Of a DNA stretch of 64,000 nucleotides, positions 50,578-61,047 are shown piece after piece. The position numbers and the translations under genes were made by a program. The DNA comes from a bacterium (GTDB taxonomy: Bacteria; Electryoneota; JAOADG01). Under the pieces are notes generated by a model, which saw only the letters and a list, made by a program, of their open reading frames with translations, did not search any database and was not told where the DNA came from. The stretch is taken from contig OY820579.1 of NCBI GenBank assembly GCA_963681965.1, forward strand, positions 512,001 through 576,000, in the 5' to 3' direction. How positions within the stretch are numbered: the first letter of the stretch is position 1; each line of letters begins with the position of its first letter.

Positions 50578-52272
50578 ATGATATACACAAGAATAGCTTC
50601 CGGACTTGATTTCATCGATGCAGAATTCGGCGGCATCTACGCCAACCGAACCTACTACCTTCGTGGTCCTGCACGTTCCGGTCGCACGACAATCGGTCTC
50701 CAGTTTCTGCTCGCCGGACTCGAAAACGGCGAAAACAGCATTCTGATCTCCAGCGACCGGATCGAAGACGTGATCCTGAAGTCGGAAACGATCGGTTTGA
50801 CGCTGGAACAATATCTGGTGGAAAATCGCCTGATCCTGATGGAATATCCCAAGGAAATTCAAAATGGGCACTATCAGTTGGGTGGCGTGATCCATCTCCT
50901 CGGCGAGATCGAGAAATATATCAAGACGTACAATTGCACCCGAATCGTATTCGATACCCTGATGCCCTTATTACTAAAGGCACGGGATGCACAAGTCGCC
51001 AATTATGTTTACTCCTTAATGAATGCAATCGAAGCGCTTTCCTGCACCGCCTTCGTGACAACCGGCGAACCGAATAGCCCCCAGGCGGGTCGGATTGCCG
51101 AATTGATCGAAGATGCCGCTGCCGGCGTGTTCTCGACTTCGGCGGTTTCAATGAAGGATAGTCAACAGCGGATGTTCTGGGTGCACAAGATGGTCAATCC
51201 GATGACCCCGCCGACTCCTTATAAGACCAAGTTCGAATATGGTACCGGTGTCGTACAGGACCTCGGCGAGCGCGCTCCCGATATCCGCCGACCGAATACG
51301 GTCGAACAAGTAACCGGTCCGGTGAGCATTAACGACCTACCGATGCGAATAGCTGTGATCGATGGCGAAGAAGATGTCGTCGCGCAGTTCGAAGAGATCT
51401 TCCCGAAAGCACAACAGGTCGACGATTACAGTACCGATAGCGAATTTATTCGCGGTCACCGGGATGTTGGTTACGACGTGTTGGTCGTGAATGCATCTTC
51501 GGTCGTGAATTGGTTTCTAGCGGTACACCAGATCCGCGAACGCAACGAGAAGTTGCCGATTCTGATTGTTTCCGAACAATTAACGGCACAATTGAGTTAT
51601 CAATCTGCGAAACTTGCCGGTGCCGACGCATTGTTCATGCACCCGTTGGTGAAGGGCGATGTCGTCCGTGCCTTGGAAAAAGCGCTGAAGAACTACAACA
51701 CCTATCAGGAAATTGCCAGTCGGCTCGCAACTCGCACACAGCTATCCAATCTTCCCGAGGATTTCGGGTCGCTCCTGAACACCGTGATGGAATCGGACTT
51801 GGGTGGAAAGCAAGGCGATACACTGATTAGCGTTGGCGATTTCAAAGAGAAACTCCACGAGCAGATTTGGCGCAGCAGCCAAAAGCAATTGACGTTCGCA
51901 GTCGTGTCCTTCCGAATGATCAATACCGGCGAAATATCAAAACTTCAGAACCTGCCCCGCGGCTTGGAATTGGTCAAGCGTATGGCAGGGATTGTCGGAA
52001 ATGCGATGCGCGGATTGAACGATAGCGCCTGTCGCAGTATGGACAAGATTGTGGTTCTCTTGGAGAATTGCGATCGCGAAGGTGCCGATGCATTTGTCGC
52101 TCGGGTCACTGCCGATGTGAAAACGGAATTGGGCGACAAACTCGGTGTTCAATTGGGTCGTCATCTGGTCATTTCAAAAGCGATGGCGATGTATCCCGAA
52201 GATGCCGACAATGTTCAGGATTTGCTGTCCCGGGTAACCGAAACCACCCGTAATTTCAAGTTAATTCACTAA
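50578..52272 (+). CDS. KaiC/RAD55-like ATPase fused to receiver-like and degenerate GGDEF-like domains
   Basis: RI.SGL...D...GG, degenerate Walker A GPARSGRT, RIVFD; REC-like RIAVIDGE...YDVLVV...PILIVS...AGADALF.HP; C-terminal VVLL......GA..F..R...A.YP.D....DLL. Confidence 0.75.
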   Translation: MIYTRIASGLDFIDAEFGGIYANRTYYLRGPARSGRTTIGLQFLLAGLENGENSILISSDRIEDVILKSETIGLTLEQYLVENRLILMEYPKEIQNGHYQLGGVIHLLGEIEKYIKTYNCTRIVFDTLMPLLLKARDAQVANYVYSLMNAIEALSCTAFVTTGEPNSPQAGRIAELIEDAAAGVFSTSAVSMKDSQQRMFWVHKMVNPMTPPTPYKTKFEYGTGVVQDLGERAPDIRRPNTVEQVTGPVSINDLPMRIAVIDGEEDVVAQFEEIFPKAQQVDDYSTDSEFIRGHRDVGYDVLVVNASSVVNWFLAVHQIRERNEKLPILIVSEQLTAQLSYQSAKLAGADALFMHPLVKGDVVRALEKALKNYNTYQEIASRLATRTQLSNLPEDFGSLLNTVMESDLGGKQGDTLISVGDFKEKLHEQIWRSSQKQLTFAVVSFRMINTGEISKLQNLPRGLELVKRMAGIVGNAMRGLNDSACRSMDKIVVLLENCDREGADAFVARVTADVKTELGDKLGVQLGRHLVISKAMAMYPEDADNVQDLLSRVTETTRNFKLIH

Positions 52273-52341
52273 TCCAGTATCGCAATCGAATTTTATTAGT
52301 TCAGTACCGGGTAACCGGATAGCGGAAGCAAGGAGAAGAAA

Positions 52342-52902
52342 ATGGAAACCATGTCGAATTTCACGCACAACACGTTATTGGCAACAGTATTAACCGGCTC
52401 GATCGGAGCATTGAGCTACGCCGCAAACCGGGTACGCGAACGGGTATTAACGGTGGGAAACGTTCAGCGAGCTGCAGTCAATTTCGAATCATCGATGAAA
52501 CCGATTTATCTGCCGGAACCAACGGCTAAGTCTGAGAAGATCATGAATACTATTAGTGGCAAATGGGATGCACGCGAAACGCCGCAGTCGGAAGTGGACA
52601 GTTTCATGTCGGATTGGGTAAATGGCTCGTGGGAAGGTATTCAGAACGCACGCAGCTACAGCAATAGCGTTGCGCAAGACGACATTCGCACCGTCTCGAC
52701 ACTGCAAAGACGTATTGCCGCCAATCGCGCCAGTTGGACACGGTTAACTGCAGAACCATTACCGGAAACCCGTAAACCGGCAAAGATCGAGATGGTCAGC
52801 TCGACAATGGCGATCGATACCAATTGGATCGACGAGTGGATCGGAAAGCCGGTTACCGAGGCGATCGAGATTACCAACCCGATGAATCGAATCGCGTTTT
52901 AA
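52342..52902 (+). CDS. Hypothetical protein
   Basis: AAGGAG RBS; 186 aa with a hydrophobic N-terminal segment. Confidence 0.65.
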   Translation: METMSNFTHNTLLATVLTGSIGALSYAANRVRERVLTVGNVQRAAVNFESSMKPIYLPEPTAKSEKIMNTISGKWDARETPQSEVDSFMSDWVNGSWEGIQNARSYSNSVAQDDIRTVSTLQRRIAANRASWTRLTAEPLPETRKPAKIEMVSSTMAIDTNWIDEWIGKPVTEAIEITNPMNRIAF

Positions 52903-53009
52903 TCGAAGTTCAGTAAGGTCATGCGATCGCTCAGTTGGATCGCATCAACCACGATCAAGTCAATCAGAATTAACTCAGTTGTATCAAGATCGATTGTCAG
53001 GAGTATAAA

Positions 53010-53945
53010 ATGGATGTCATCGCAATGTTATCGAGAGTCATATTGGTCGTCGCAATCATCACTTTTTGCGTAGCGATTATATCGTATGTGATCTTCCGGG
53101 TGAAAGAGCATGCTCACAAGCCTGCATCGGCACCGCGAAATATCGATTTACACGCAGCTCCAGTCAATCATCTTGCTTATATGCCTCTTGCGACCCTTCC
53201 GGTAGAACCGGTAAACGGTACTCCAAAAGCAATCCACAACGAGCTGGAAGTACCCACGCTAGCCAATGGGATCGTCAATGGATATCACCGTCCTGCAGTC
53301 ACGAATAGTATACCTGCAGTGGGGATTGCCACTGATACGACGAAAAACGGATCTTTCGATTATCGACCACCAGCAGTAGAACCGATTGCATTTGCCGAAT
53401 TAAATGGTTCGAAAACGATCGACCGAGAACTCCAACTCAACGCCGATATTTTGGAACATGCCATTCGAGTCCTAAACGAATCGGATACTACCACTCGGAA
53501 TGGTTATCAAAACGATTATCAAAATCAACCTATTATTTTCAACGGAAATAAACCGATCAATGGGTTTTCAAATGGTCAATTGAACGGAAATTTTAACGGA
53601 CATAGTAACGGTAGTATGAATGGATCAGTTAATGGTCATGGAAAACCAGCAATAAATGGAAATGCAAATGGATACGTTAACGGAAATTCAGATGTAAATG
53701 GAAAATCGAATGGACATAATGGAAATTCCGTCGAGGGCAACGGACAAGAAATTCAGCTAACGCAATCACAATCAGTATTTCTAAAATCATTTACCAATTA
53801 TTCCTCGACTGCCAATTCGGATATGTCAATCGGTCATCCCGATGCGCCATACTCATCCTTAAAGCCGAGATTTTTCCGTGTCAACGGTCAAAACAGTAAT
53901 GAAAATGTATACGGCAAAGGTGAAGCTCCGGCAAATTGGAAATAA
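53010..53945 (+). CDS. Membrane-anchored Asn-Gly-rich low-complexity protein
   Basis: AGGAG RBS; N-terminal TM; (NGxx)n tract; followed by a terminator. Confidence 0.75.
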   Translation: MDVIAMLSRVILVVAIITFCVAIISYVIFRVKEHAHKPASAPRNIDLHAAPVNHLAYMPLATLPVEPVNGTPKAIHNELEVPTLANGIVNGYHRPAVTNSIPAVGIATDTTKNGSFDYRPPAVEPIAFAELNGSKTIDRELQLNADILEHAIRVLNESDTTTRNGYQNDYQNQPIIFNGNKPINGFSNGQLNGNFNGHSNGSMNGSVNGHGKPAINGNANGYVNGNSDVNGKSNGHNGNSVEGNGQEIQLTQSQSVFLKSFTNYSSTANSDMSIGHPDAPYSSLKPRFFRVNGQNSNENVYGKGEAPANWK

Positions 53946-53969
53946 TGATTTATCTCCAAAGCGGACAAT

Positions 53970-53997
53970 AATGCGGGTCGAAGAACCCGCATTTTTT
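53970..53997 (+). terminator. Rho-independent terminator
   Basis: AATGCGGGT-CGAAGA-ACCCGCATT-TTTT. Confidence 0.75.
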
Positions 53998-54513
53998 GTT
54001 TGCGAGCTGCCAAGAATTGAATGCTCGATCAATATTGATTGTCACGTTGTCAATTCATTATCGATTGCTATGTTACAAACCGAGCAAACGAATCGGTGGA
54101 AAAATGGCGGTACAGCGCTATTGATGATTCCAGGAGCAGTTTTTAAACGTCTGTGAAAATCGAAGTAAAGATTATGAATATCTTATATTTAGATAACAAA
54201 AAAAAGAGCAAACGTTGAGTTTGATTAAGTATATATCCAACGTCCTAAACCGTTGTACAATATCCTATCGGGTATATATATTAGCAGTTCGACCGGAGTT
54301 TGGAGGTTCACTCCCCATCTTTGAAGTGATCCATTGACCGAATTCGGAAAGTTGAATTAGTAGAAACATCGGAATTTGATTTCCTGTACAGAACTTAAAA
54401 TCAGTAAGTATTTGAAAAAGGGGTAGTGTTTCGTTTGTGATTCGATATTCCGGTTATCGCGATAATCCATAAGAGCACCGGACACACGCAACATAAAATG
54501 AAACCGAGACGAT

Positions 54514-56376
54514 ATGTATCGTAAAATGAATTACAATACTCGCTTGATTCTCAAGATATTTCTCGATTCATTTGCGATTATTTTTGCGTTTGTCTTTGGC
54601 TATTTCCTCCGCTTCCCATGGGATGCATTTCTCAAAGAGATGCATACACTCGGTTACTTCCTAATTGTTGTGCTCGTCGTTCGGTTGGTCTGTTTTTCCT
54701 CGTTTCGGCTCTATTCGACCATGTGGCGCTATTCCGAATTGCCTTCGATTATGGCGTTAATGAAGGCAACGGCTGTCGGAAGTATTTTATTGGTAATCAG
54801 TCATTACTTTTTGCTACCCAAGCATAATATCCCGCGATCCATTCCCTTTATCGATTTCTTGTGTGTGGTTTTTCTTGCCGGAAGCTTCCGTTTCTCGATC
54901 CGATATTTTACCACGCGAAAGAGGGATACCGGGTCTAGCACTGCTCCGCGTCGTCGCGTATTGATCTACGGCGCTGGCGATACTGGTGAGCAGTTGTTGC
55001 GCAATATTCAGCAATCGAAGATCATGTCGGGAATCGATGTCGTCGGCTTTATCGACGACGACTCAAATAAGCGCAGTCAATACATTCACGGTAAACGCGT
55101 GCTTGGCGGACGAAATGACGTCAGTGCACTGGTTAAGCAGAAAAAAATTACCGGAATATATTTTTGTGTACCCTCCCTTTCCGGTTCGGAAACTCGCGAA
55201 TTATTCCGATCGATCAATGAGCAAGTCGGTTCGGAAATTGAAATTCTTACGATTCCCGGTCTTTCCGATTTGGTGCAGGGACGCATCTCGATTAATGTTC
55301 TGCGAAAATTTGAATTGAGTGACCTCTTACGTAGAAGTCAGGTTCACCTCGAACGCGAACCGGTCGAACAATTGATCAAAGATCAAGTCGTGTTGATTGT
55401 CGGCGGCGGCGGTAGTATCGGTCTTGAGTTGTGCCGGCAAGTGGCAGGATTTCTACCGAAAGAACTCGTGGTGGTTGATGCCAGCGAATTTAATACTTAC
55501 ACTGCCGAGCAAGTGCTTCGCAAGAGTTTTCCCAAATTAAATCTTACACCGCTGGTTGCCGATGCCTGTAACAACGAATTGTTGCGGAATATTTTCGAGC
55601 GGACGAAACCGGCAATTGTCTTCCATGCTGCCGCGTACAAGCATGTTCCGTTAATGGAAGAAAATCCGTGGGCGGCAATTTACAATAATCTGACCAGTAC
55701 ATTGCAGTTGACGCGGTTTGCTTCGGAATTTGGGGTCAAACGGTTTATTCTCATCTCATCCGATAAAGCGGTGAAGCCCACCAGCGTGATGGGCGCGACG
55801 AAGCGGATGTGCGAACTGATCATGTTGCTCGAGCAACAGCACAGCAATACCGATTTCATGGCGGTTCGGTTCGGTAATGTACTTGGCAGCTCTGGAAGCG
55901 TGATTCCGCTGTTTCAACAGCAAATTACCAACGGTGGACCGATCACCGTTACACATCCGGAAATTACCCGGTTCTTTATGTTAATTTCGGAAGCCGTGGA
56001 ATTGGTGTTACAAGCCGGCGCTGTCGGTGCTTCCGGTCAGATCTATGTATTGGATATGGGAAAGCCGATTCGTATTGCCGAATTGGCAGAATACATGATC
56101 GAGATCTGTGGTTTGCGTCCGCATCGCGATATTAAGATCGAGTACACCGGTTTGCGTCCGGGCGAGAAACTGTATGAGAGTCTTTATTTCGAAGGGGAAG
56201 AGACCCCGACACGCGTTCCCAATCTCTTTGTATTGCAACCGAAGCTAAGTGTCGATCAAAAGTATATCGCCGAAATCGAACAGTTGATCGTTCGAAATCC
56301 CCGGTTGTCCCGCGATGAATTAATGGCGGAAATCAAGCGTTTCGTACCGGAATTCATTACGAATGGCAACGGTTGA
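54514..56376 (+). CDS. Polysaccharide biosynthesis nucleotide-sugar 4,6-dehydratase (CapD/PglF/WbpM family)
   Basis: Four TM segments, LIYGAG, GFIDDD, GGGGSIG.EL, FHAAAYKHVP.ME, S.DKAV.PT..MGATKR, VRFGNVLGSSGSV, GLRPGEKLYE. Confidence 0.95.
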   Translation: MYRKMNYNTRLILKIFLDSFAIIFAFVFGYFLRFPWDAFLKEMHTLGYFLIVVLVVRLVCFSSFRLYSTMWRYSELPSIMALMKATAVGSILLVISHYFLLPKHNIPRSIPFIDFLCVVFLAGSFRFSIRYFTTRKRDTGSSTAPRRRVLIYGAGDTGEQLLRNIQQSKIMSGIDVVGFIDDDSNKRSQYIHGKRVLGGRNDVSALVKQKKITGIYFCVPSLSGSETRELFRSINEQVGSEIEILTIPGLSDLVQGRISINVLRKFELSDLLRRSQVHLEREPVEQLIKDQVVLIVGGGGSIGLELCRQVAGFLPKELVVVDASEFNTYTAEQVLRKSFPKLNLTPLVADACNNELLRNIFERTKPAIVFHAAAYKHVPLMEENPWAAIYNNLTSTLQLTRFASEFGVKRFILISSDKAVKPTSVMGATKRMCELIMLLEQQHSNTDFMAVRFGNVLGSSGSVIPLFQQQITNGGPITVTHPEITRFFMLISEAVELVLQAGAVGASGQIYVLDMGKPIRIAELAEYMIEICGLRPHRDIKIEYTGLRPGEKLYESLYFEGEETPTRVPNLFVLQPKLSVDQKYIAEIEQLIVRNPRLSRDELMAEIKRFVPEFITNGNG

Positions 56377-56405
56377 TGAACGGTGCCGGTCGATCCGATT
56401 TTCTG

Positions 56406-56430
56406 AAAGGCGCGGATATGCGCCTTTTTC
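56406..56430 (+). terminator. Rho-independent terminator
   Basis: AAAGGCGC-GGATAT-GCGCCTTTTT. Confidence 0.7.
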
Positions 56431-56672
56431 CGCGAATCAACCGTGATGACAGTGCAACATAAATTTGAATTCATTCCGAATGTTTCACAGATCGATTTTA
56501 AAATTCGTATTTTATTTTTTACGATGATTCCCAAATATTCCGACTTCAGAGAGAAAACCTGGGGAACAGGATGTCTGATCGATCGGTAAGTTGATTGAGA
56601 TTAATGTTATCAAAATACATTTCGACCGTTCAACCAGTATCGCGATTGCGATAATTAGAAATCGAGCAAATA

Positions 56673-57887
56673 ATGATGAAAATCCCATTTTTCCGAACAG
56701 CGTTGGATGAAAGTGAAATTAACGAAGTAGAGGATACGCTTCGATCGGGTTGGTTGACGACTGGACCGAAGACGAAGAAATTCGAAGCCGATTTTGCTGC
56801 TGCTGTCGGAGCGAAGCACGCGATTGCGTTGAATTCGGCAACAGCCGGTCTGCACCTTGCACTGGAAGCGGTTGGATTGGAACCGGGCGAGTTAGTGCTG
56901 GTTCCGGCATTGACCTTTGCTGCGGGCGCAGAAGTCGTGCGCTACGACCGTGCGACACCGGTATTCGTCGATTGCGACGAATCACTCTGCATGAGTCCGG
57001 CAGCATTGGAAGCGACGCTGACTGCCATCGAGCAAGGGAAACCAATCTATGGCTACAACCCGCCGTATACCAAGATCCGCGCGATTATGCCGATGCATTA
57101 CGGCGGCTATACCTGTGCCATGGACGAGATTATGGCAATCGCCGCGAAGCGTAGTATTCCCGTGATCGAAGACGCTGCCCACTGCGTGTTCTCCAAGTAC
57201 AAACAAGCGGATGGACAATGGAAGATCGCCGGTCGATTCGGTGTCTCGGGTGTCTATTCGTTCTACGCCAACAAATGCATCACCACTGGTGAAGGGGGCA
57301 TGGTTGTCACCGATGACGACGATACCGCGAACCGGATTCGGCTGATGTCGTTGCATGGCATGAACAAGGATGCGTGGAAGCGCTTCACCGATCAAGGCTC
57401 GTGGTACTACGAACTGACGGCAGCCGGATTCAAATACAATCTCACCGATATGGCATCGGCACTGGGTATTCACCAACTCGAAAAAGTGGAAATATTCCGG
57501 CAGAAACGCGAAGCGGTTGCCATGAAATTCAATAGCTTCTTCGCGAATTTACCGCAAGTGCAATTACCACCGAATAATCCGGACAAATGCGTTCACTCCT
57601 GGCACCTTTACTGCTTACGCTTGAATTTGGAACGTCTGACGATCGATCGCGCACAATTTATCGAAGAACTGAAAGCGCTCGGCGTGAGTTGCTCGGTGCA
57701 TTGGATGCCGTTGCCGATGAATCCGTACTACGTTCAACACTACGGTTTCAAGGGTGGCGAATTCCCCGCAGCCGAAGCGGTCTGGCCGCGCCTGGTATCG
57801 TTACCGATTTTCCCGGCGATGACCAATGAAGAGATCGATTATGTCGGTTCGGTCGTAGAGCAAGTGGCGACGAAATTCGCGAAATAA
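56673..57887 (+). CDS. DegT/DnrJ/EryC1/StrS aminotransferase
   Basis: SGWLTTGP, NSATAGLHLAL, IEDAAH, SFYANK.ITTGEGG, GFKYN..D, SLP.FP.M. Confidence 0.95.
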   Translation: MMKIPFFRTALDESEINEVEDTLRSGWLTTGPKTKKFEADFAAAVGAKHAIALNSATAGLHLALEAVGLEPGELVLVPALTFAAGAEVVRYDRATPVFVDCDESLCMSPAALEATLTAIEQGKPIYGYNPPYTKIRAIMPMHYGGYTCAMDEIMAIAAKRSIPVIEDAAHCVFSKYKQADGQWKIAGRFGVSGVYSFYANKCITTGEGGMVVTDDDDTANRIRLMSLHGMNKDAWKRFTDQGSWYYELTAAGFKYNLTDMASALGIHQLEKVEIFRQKREAVAMKFNSFFANLPQVQLPPNNPDKCVHSWHLYCLRLNLERLTIDRAQFIEELKALGVSCSVHWMPLPMNPYYVQHYGFKGGEFPAAEAVWPRLVSLPIFPAMTNEEIDYVGSVVEQVATKFAK

Positions 57888-57966
57888 CGCGAGTGGAAAA
57901 AATATTATGATTGCGAGGCGGGAATAGCGTTCCCGCATTTGACAATGGAATGAGGCAACTGAGTCG

Positions 57967-58776
57967 ATGGAATACGATCCGATCAAAGATAAACTGTTCG
58001 GTATCACCAAGAATAGTGTGTTTCTGCGCGATGCATTGTTTTTCGCGATCGGACACACTTTTTTGCGTGAAGGTCATGTCAAACGCCGGATAAAATTGGC
58101 ACAGTTGCCCGACAATGCCGCGATTCTCGATGCCGGTTGCGGATTGGGGCAGTATGCGCTCTGGATGGCAAAAAAACTGCCGGGCAGCACAATTTTCGCG
58201 GGTGACGTGAAGAAGCATTTTATCGATGCGGGTAATCATCATGCTGCCGCGAAAGGTTTAAAGAACGTCACTTTCGGCGAATTGGATCTCTTGAAACTCG
58301 AGCAGAAAAACAAGTACGATTTCGTGTTGTCGATCGATGTACTCGAGCACATCGAGGACGACGTCGACCTGATGAAGCGTTTTAATCATGCACTCAAGCC
58401 GGGTGGACAATTGATGATTCATTCGCCGGGTGCCGAGGAAGACTCGCGGACATCGCATCACGATCCGAAAAGTTTGGTGGAAGAGCACGTTCGCGAAGGG
58501 TATGAAAAGAATGAAATCATCGAGAAGATGACGGAAGCGGGATTTGCCAAGGTCGATGTGTATCCCACCTATAAACCATTTACCGGACCACTAATTTGGC
58601 GCTTGTGGCAGAACATCCCGCTGAAATTTACAAAGCTCGGTTTATTGGGATATGCTCTTATTCCGCTCTGGTTTCTACTCGCATATCCGCTTGGATATCC
58701 CTTTTGGTGGAGCGATTTACACGTTCCGAAAAAGTGGGGATACGGGGTTTTAGTGGTGGCACGGAAAGCCTCTTAG
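57967..58776 (+). CDS. Class I SAM-dependent methyltransferase
   Basis: ILDAGCG.G, DVLEHIEDD, LKPGG, EHVREGY. Confidence 0.9.
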   Translation: MEYDPIKDKLFGITKNSVFLRDALFFAIGHTFLREGHVKRRIKLAQLPDNAAILDAGCGLGQYALWMAKKLPGSTIFAGDVKKHFIDAGNHHAAAKGLKNVTFGELDLLKLEQKNKYDFVLSIDVLEHIEDDVDLMKRFNHALKPGGQLMIHSPGAEEDSRTSHHDPKSLVEEHVREGYEKNEIIEKMTEAGFAKVDVYPTYKPFTGPLIWRLWQNIPLKFTKLGLLGYALIPLWFLLAYPLGYPFWWSDLHVPKKWGYGVLVVARKAS

Positions 58777-58803
58777 TTTTCAAAACAATCTTTTAAGATA
58801 TTG

Positions 58804-58830
58804 AAACGGCGTACGATGTGCGCCGTTTTT
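58804..58830 (+). terminator. Rho-independent terminator
   Basis: AAACGGCGTAC-GAT-GTGCGCCGTTTTT. Confidence 0.7.
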
Positions 58831-58878
58831 GATTCAGTGGCATGATGGACTTGACAAATGGGGATCGGTTATAGTAAT

Positions 58879-58898
58879 TTAGTTAAACGACTGACTAA
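58879..58898. promoter_or_regulatory. Probable TetR operator
   Basis: Imperfect palindrome TTAGTTAAACGACTGACTAA downstream of TTGACA (58851) and just upstream of tetR. Confidence 0.55.
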
Positions 58899-58929
58899 GT
58901 TGTTCGTTTAATTAATAAGGCATTCTGCA

Positions 58930-59679
58930 ATGAAAAAAAATGACCCCAAACCCGATAAAGCCGAACACCCGATTCGGGCGCTGCACCTGAAAGGGTATCA
59001 CCACTTCAAGGAGATTATCCAACAGCTCCACGATAAAGGATCGCACGATGGCGATGATTCCCCGCGTTCGCGGATTCTGAGTGCAGCCTTCGAGAAATTC
59101 GCTGAAAAGGGATTCGAAGCGACTGGAATTCGGGAAATTGCCGAAGCCGCCAAAGTCAATCAGGCGATGATCCATTATTACTACGGGTCCAAGGATAACC
59201 TCTACCATCAGGTAATTGCCGAACAAATTGGAAAATTCGCATCTGCGGCGTTCAGCGAATTACGGGAAAGTGAATTGCTGGAAGAGGTCGTGTTCGGAAT
59301 TCCGATACGGATCAATGGTATGTTGCGGAAAAATCCGCTCTGGGCACGATTAATCTTTCGCGAAGTCGCGGAAGGTGGCGCGCATCTCGAGCAGGCGATT
59401 GAGCAGCTCGGTGAATTGGGTCCGCTCGGGTTTGCCAAACATCTTAGCGAAGCGTATGCCGAATTGGTCAAAGCCGGTAAAGTGGCTGATCTCCCACCGA
59501 AACTAGTGGCTCCATTGCTGATTGGTTTGAGTTTCAGTTCGGTTTTTATCGAACCGTATTTCCGGATCCTGACCAAACAGGTCCCCGATGAATCGAAAAC
59601 GCAGGAAATTAGGATGAAAATGGTGAACGAAGTGCTGCGACACGGATTGTCGACACAACCGAAGAAGGTGAAAAAATGA
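58930..59679 (+). CDS. TetR/AcrR family regulator
   Basis: RIL.AA...FAEKGF..T.IREIA..A.VN.A.IHYYYGSK..LY. Confidence 0.93.
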   Translation: MKKNDPKPDKAEHPIRALHLKGYHHFKEIIQQLHDKGSHDGDDSPRSRILSAAFEKFAEKGFEATGIREIAEAAKVNQAMIHYYYGSKDNLYHQVIAEQIGKFASAAFSELRESELLEEVVFGIPIRINGMLRKNPLWARLIFREVAEGGAHLEQAIEQLGELGPLGFAKHLSEAYAELVKAGKVADLPPKLVAPLLIGLSFSSVFIEPYFRILTKQVPDESKTQEIRMKMVNEVLRHGLSTQPKKVKK

Positions 59680-60989
59680 AGTATCGATTCTGGATAGTAG
59701 CATTGCTATTAATCGGGCTTGCTGCAACTTCTCCGGCGGCAGACAGTGCGAAGCGATGGACGTTGGAAGAGTGTCTACGCAATGCTGGAAAGCAGCCAAA
59801 TCGCGTTCGCGCGAGCGAATGGCAATACCGTTCCGCCGAAGCAGGATGGCGCGAGGAGCGGGTTGCGCGGTATGGGTCGGTGGATGCCACCGGAACATAC
59901 TCCCATAGCACCGATGTGCAGACACTCAGCATACCGATTTCGATTCCGGGAATGAAGATTCCCGAAACGAAATTCGGCGATGGGAATGTCTACGATCTCG
60001 CGGTGACTGCGAAAATTCCGTTGTTCACCGGTGGTGCGCTAAAGTATCGCGAACAGGCGGCGCGCTCCGGAGCCGATGCGGCGCAGTACGATTGGAAAGC
60101 CGAAAAAGCATCGTTCGCTGCGGAAGTACGTCGCGCATTTTATCAAGTGCTAGCGGGTGAAGCGGCACTGAAAATTGCAACCAATAATCGCGATAAATTG
60201 CTGCGCCATAAAGGCGAATTGGAAGATGCTGTTACCATTGGAGCGGTTTCTAGAGAAGCATTAATCCAGAATGAAGTGGCGCTGAAACAAGCCGAGAGCA
60301 GTCAGATCGTGGCGGAAGGAGATTTGAAAGCGGCGCGGATTGCATTGTGCGAAATCACCAAAATTGATGAAAGCAACGCGGAATTCGATGGCAATCTGGA
60401 AATGTCGTTGCTGACACGATTCGATTCGATTTCGGTACCGACCAACGATCATCGTGGTGAATTTGCCGCGATGCAACACCGGGTGGCGCAAGCGACGTGG
60501 GCAGCCAATGCGGTTCGTGGCAGTTGGTATCCGAGTGTTGCGGCACAAGCGACTTACCATTATGCCAAACCGGGCGTGCAAATGATTAAGAACGAGTGGA
60601 TGAGTTACGGGGTTTTCGGCGTATCGGCATCATGGACGATGTGGGATTGGTTTGCTCGAGATCGTCGTATCGAAAAGGCACGCAACAGTGAGAATGCGCT
60701 GCGCTTCAACAATTTCGAATTGTCGCGCAACCTGAAAACCGCAGCGAAAGTCGTTTTCGAACGATTGGAAACGGCAAAGCGGAATCTTGCAGTGCAGAGC
60801 AGCCGAATGGAATCAGTACAGACTCGCGCAGGTATGGTGGAAGAGCGCTGGAAACAGGGACAGGCTACCGAAAGCGAATGGCAGGATGCACAGGACGATG
60901 TGACGCAGGCGCATGAAAATGTGCTGTCGGCGACAGTGCGGCTGAGGCTGGCGGAAGTGGAATGGCTGGTGACCGATGGCGCTGAGTAA
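59676..60989 (+). CDS. TolC family outer membrane efflux protein
   Basis: Signal peptide, TLEECL..A, .PLFTGG, V..AFY.VL, YPSV; ATGA-coupled to tetR. Confidence 0.88.
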   Translation: MKYRFWIVALLLIGLAATSPAADSAKRWTLEECLRNAGKQPNRVRASEWQYRSAEAGWREERVARYGSVDATGTYSHSTDVQTLSIPISIPGMKIPETKFGDGNVYDLAVTAKIPLFTGGALKYREQAARSGADAAQYDWKAEKASFAAEVRRAFYQVLAGEAALKIATNNRDKLLRHKGELEDAVTIGAVSREALIQNEVALKQAESSQIVAEGDLKAARIALCEITKIDESNAEFDGNLEMSLLTRFDSISVPTNDHRGEFAAMQHRVAQATWAANAVRGSWYPSVAAQATYHYAKPGVQMIKNEWMSYGVFGVSASWTMWDWFARDRRIEKARNSENALRFNNFELSRNLKTAAKVVFERLETAKRNLAVQSSRMESVQTRAGMVEERWKQGQATESEWQDAQDDVTQAHENVLSATVRLRLAEVEWLVTDGAE

Positions 60990-61047
60990 GAAATCTATTG
61001 GACGATTGAAAGTAGATCGGAACGAAGATCAAGCAGGTGAGACGAAA

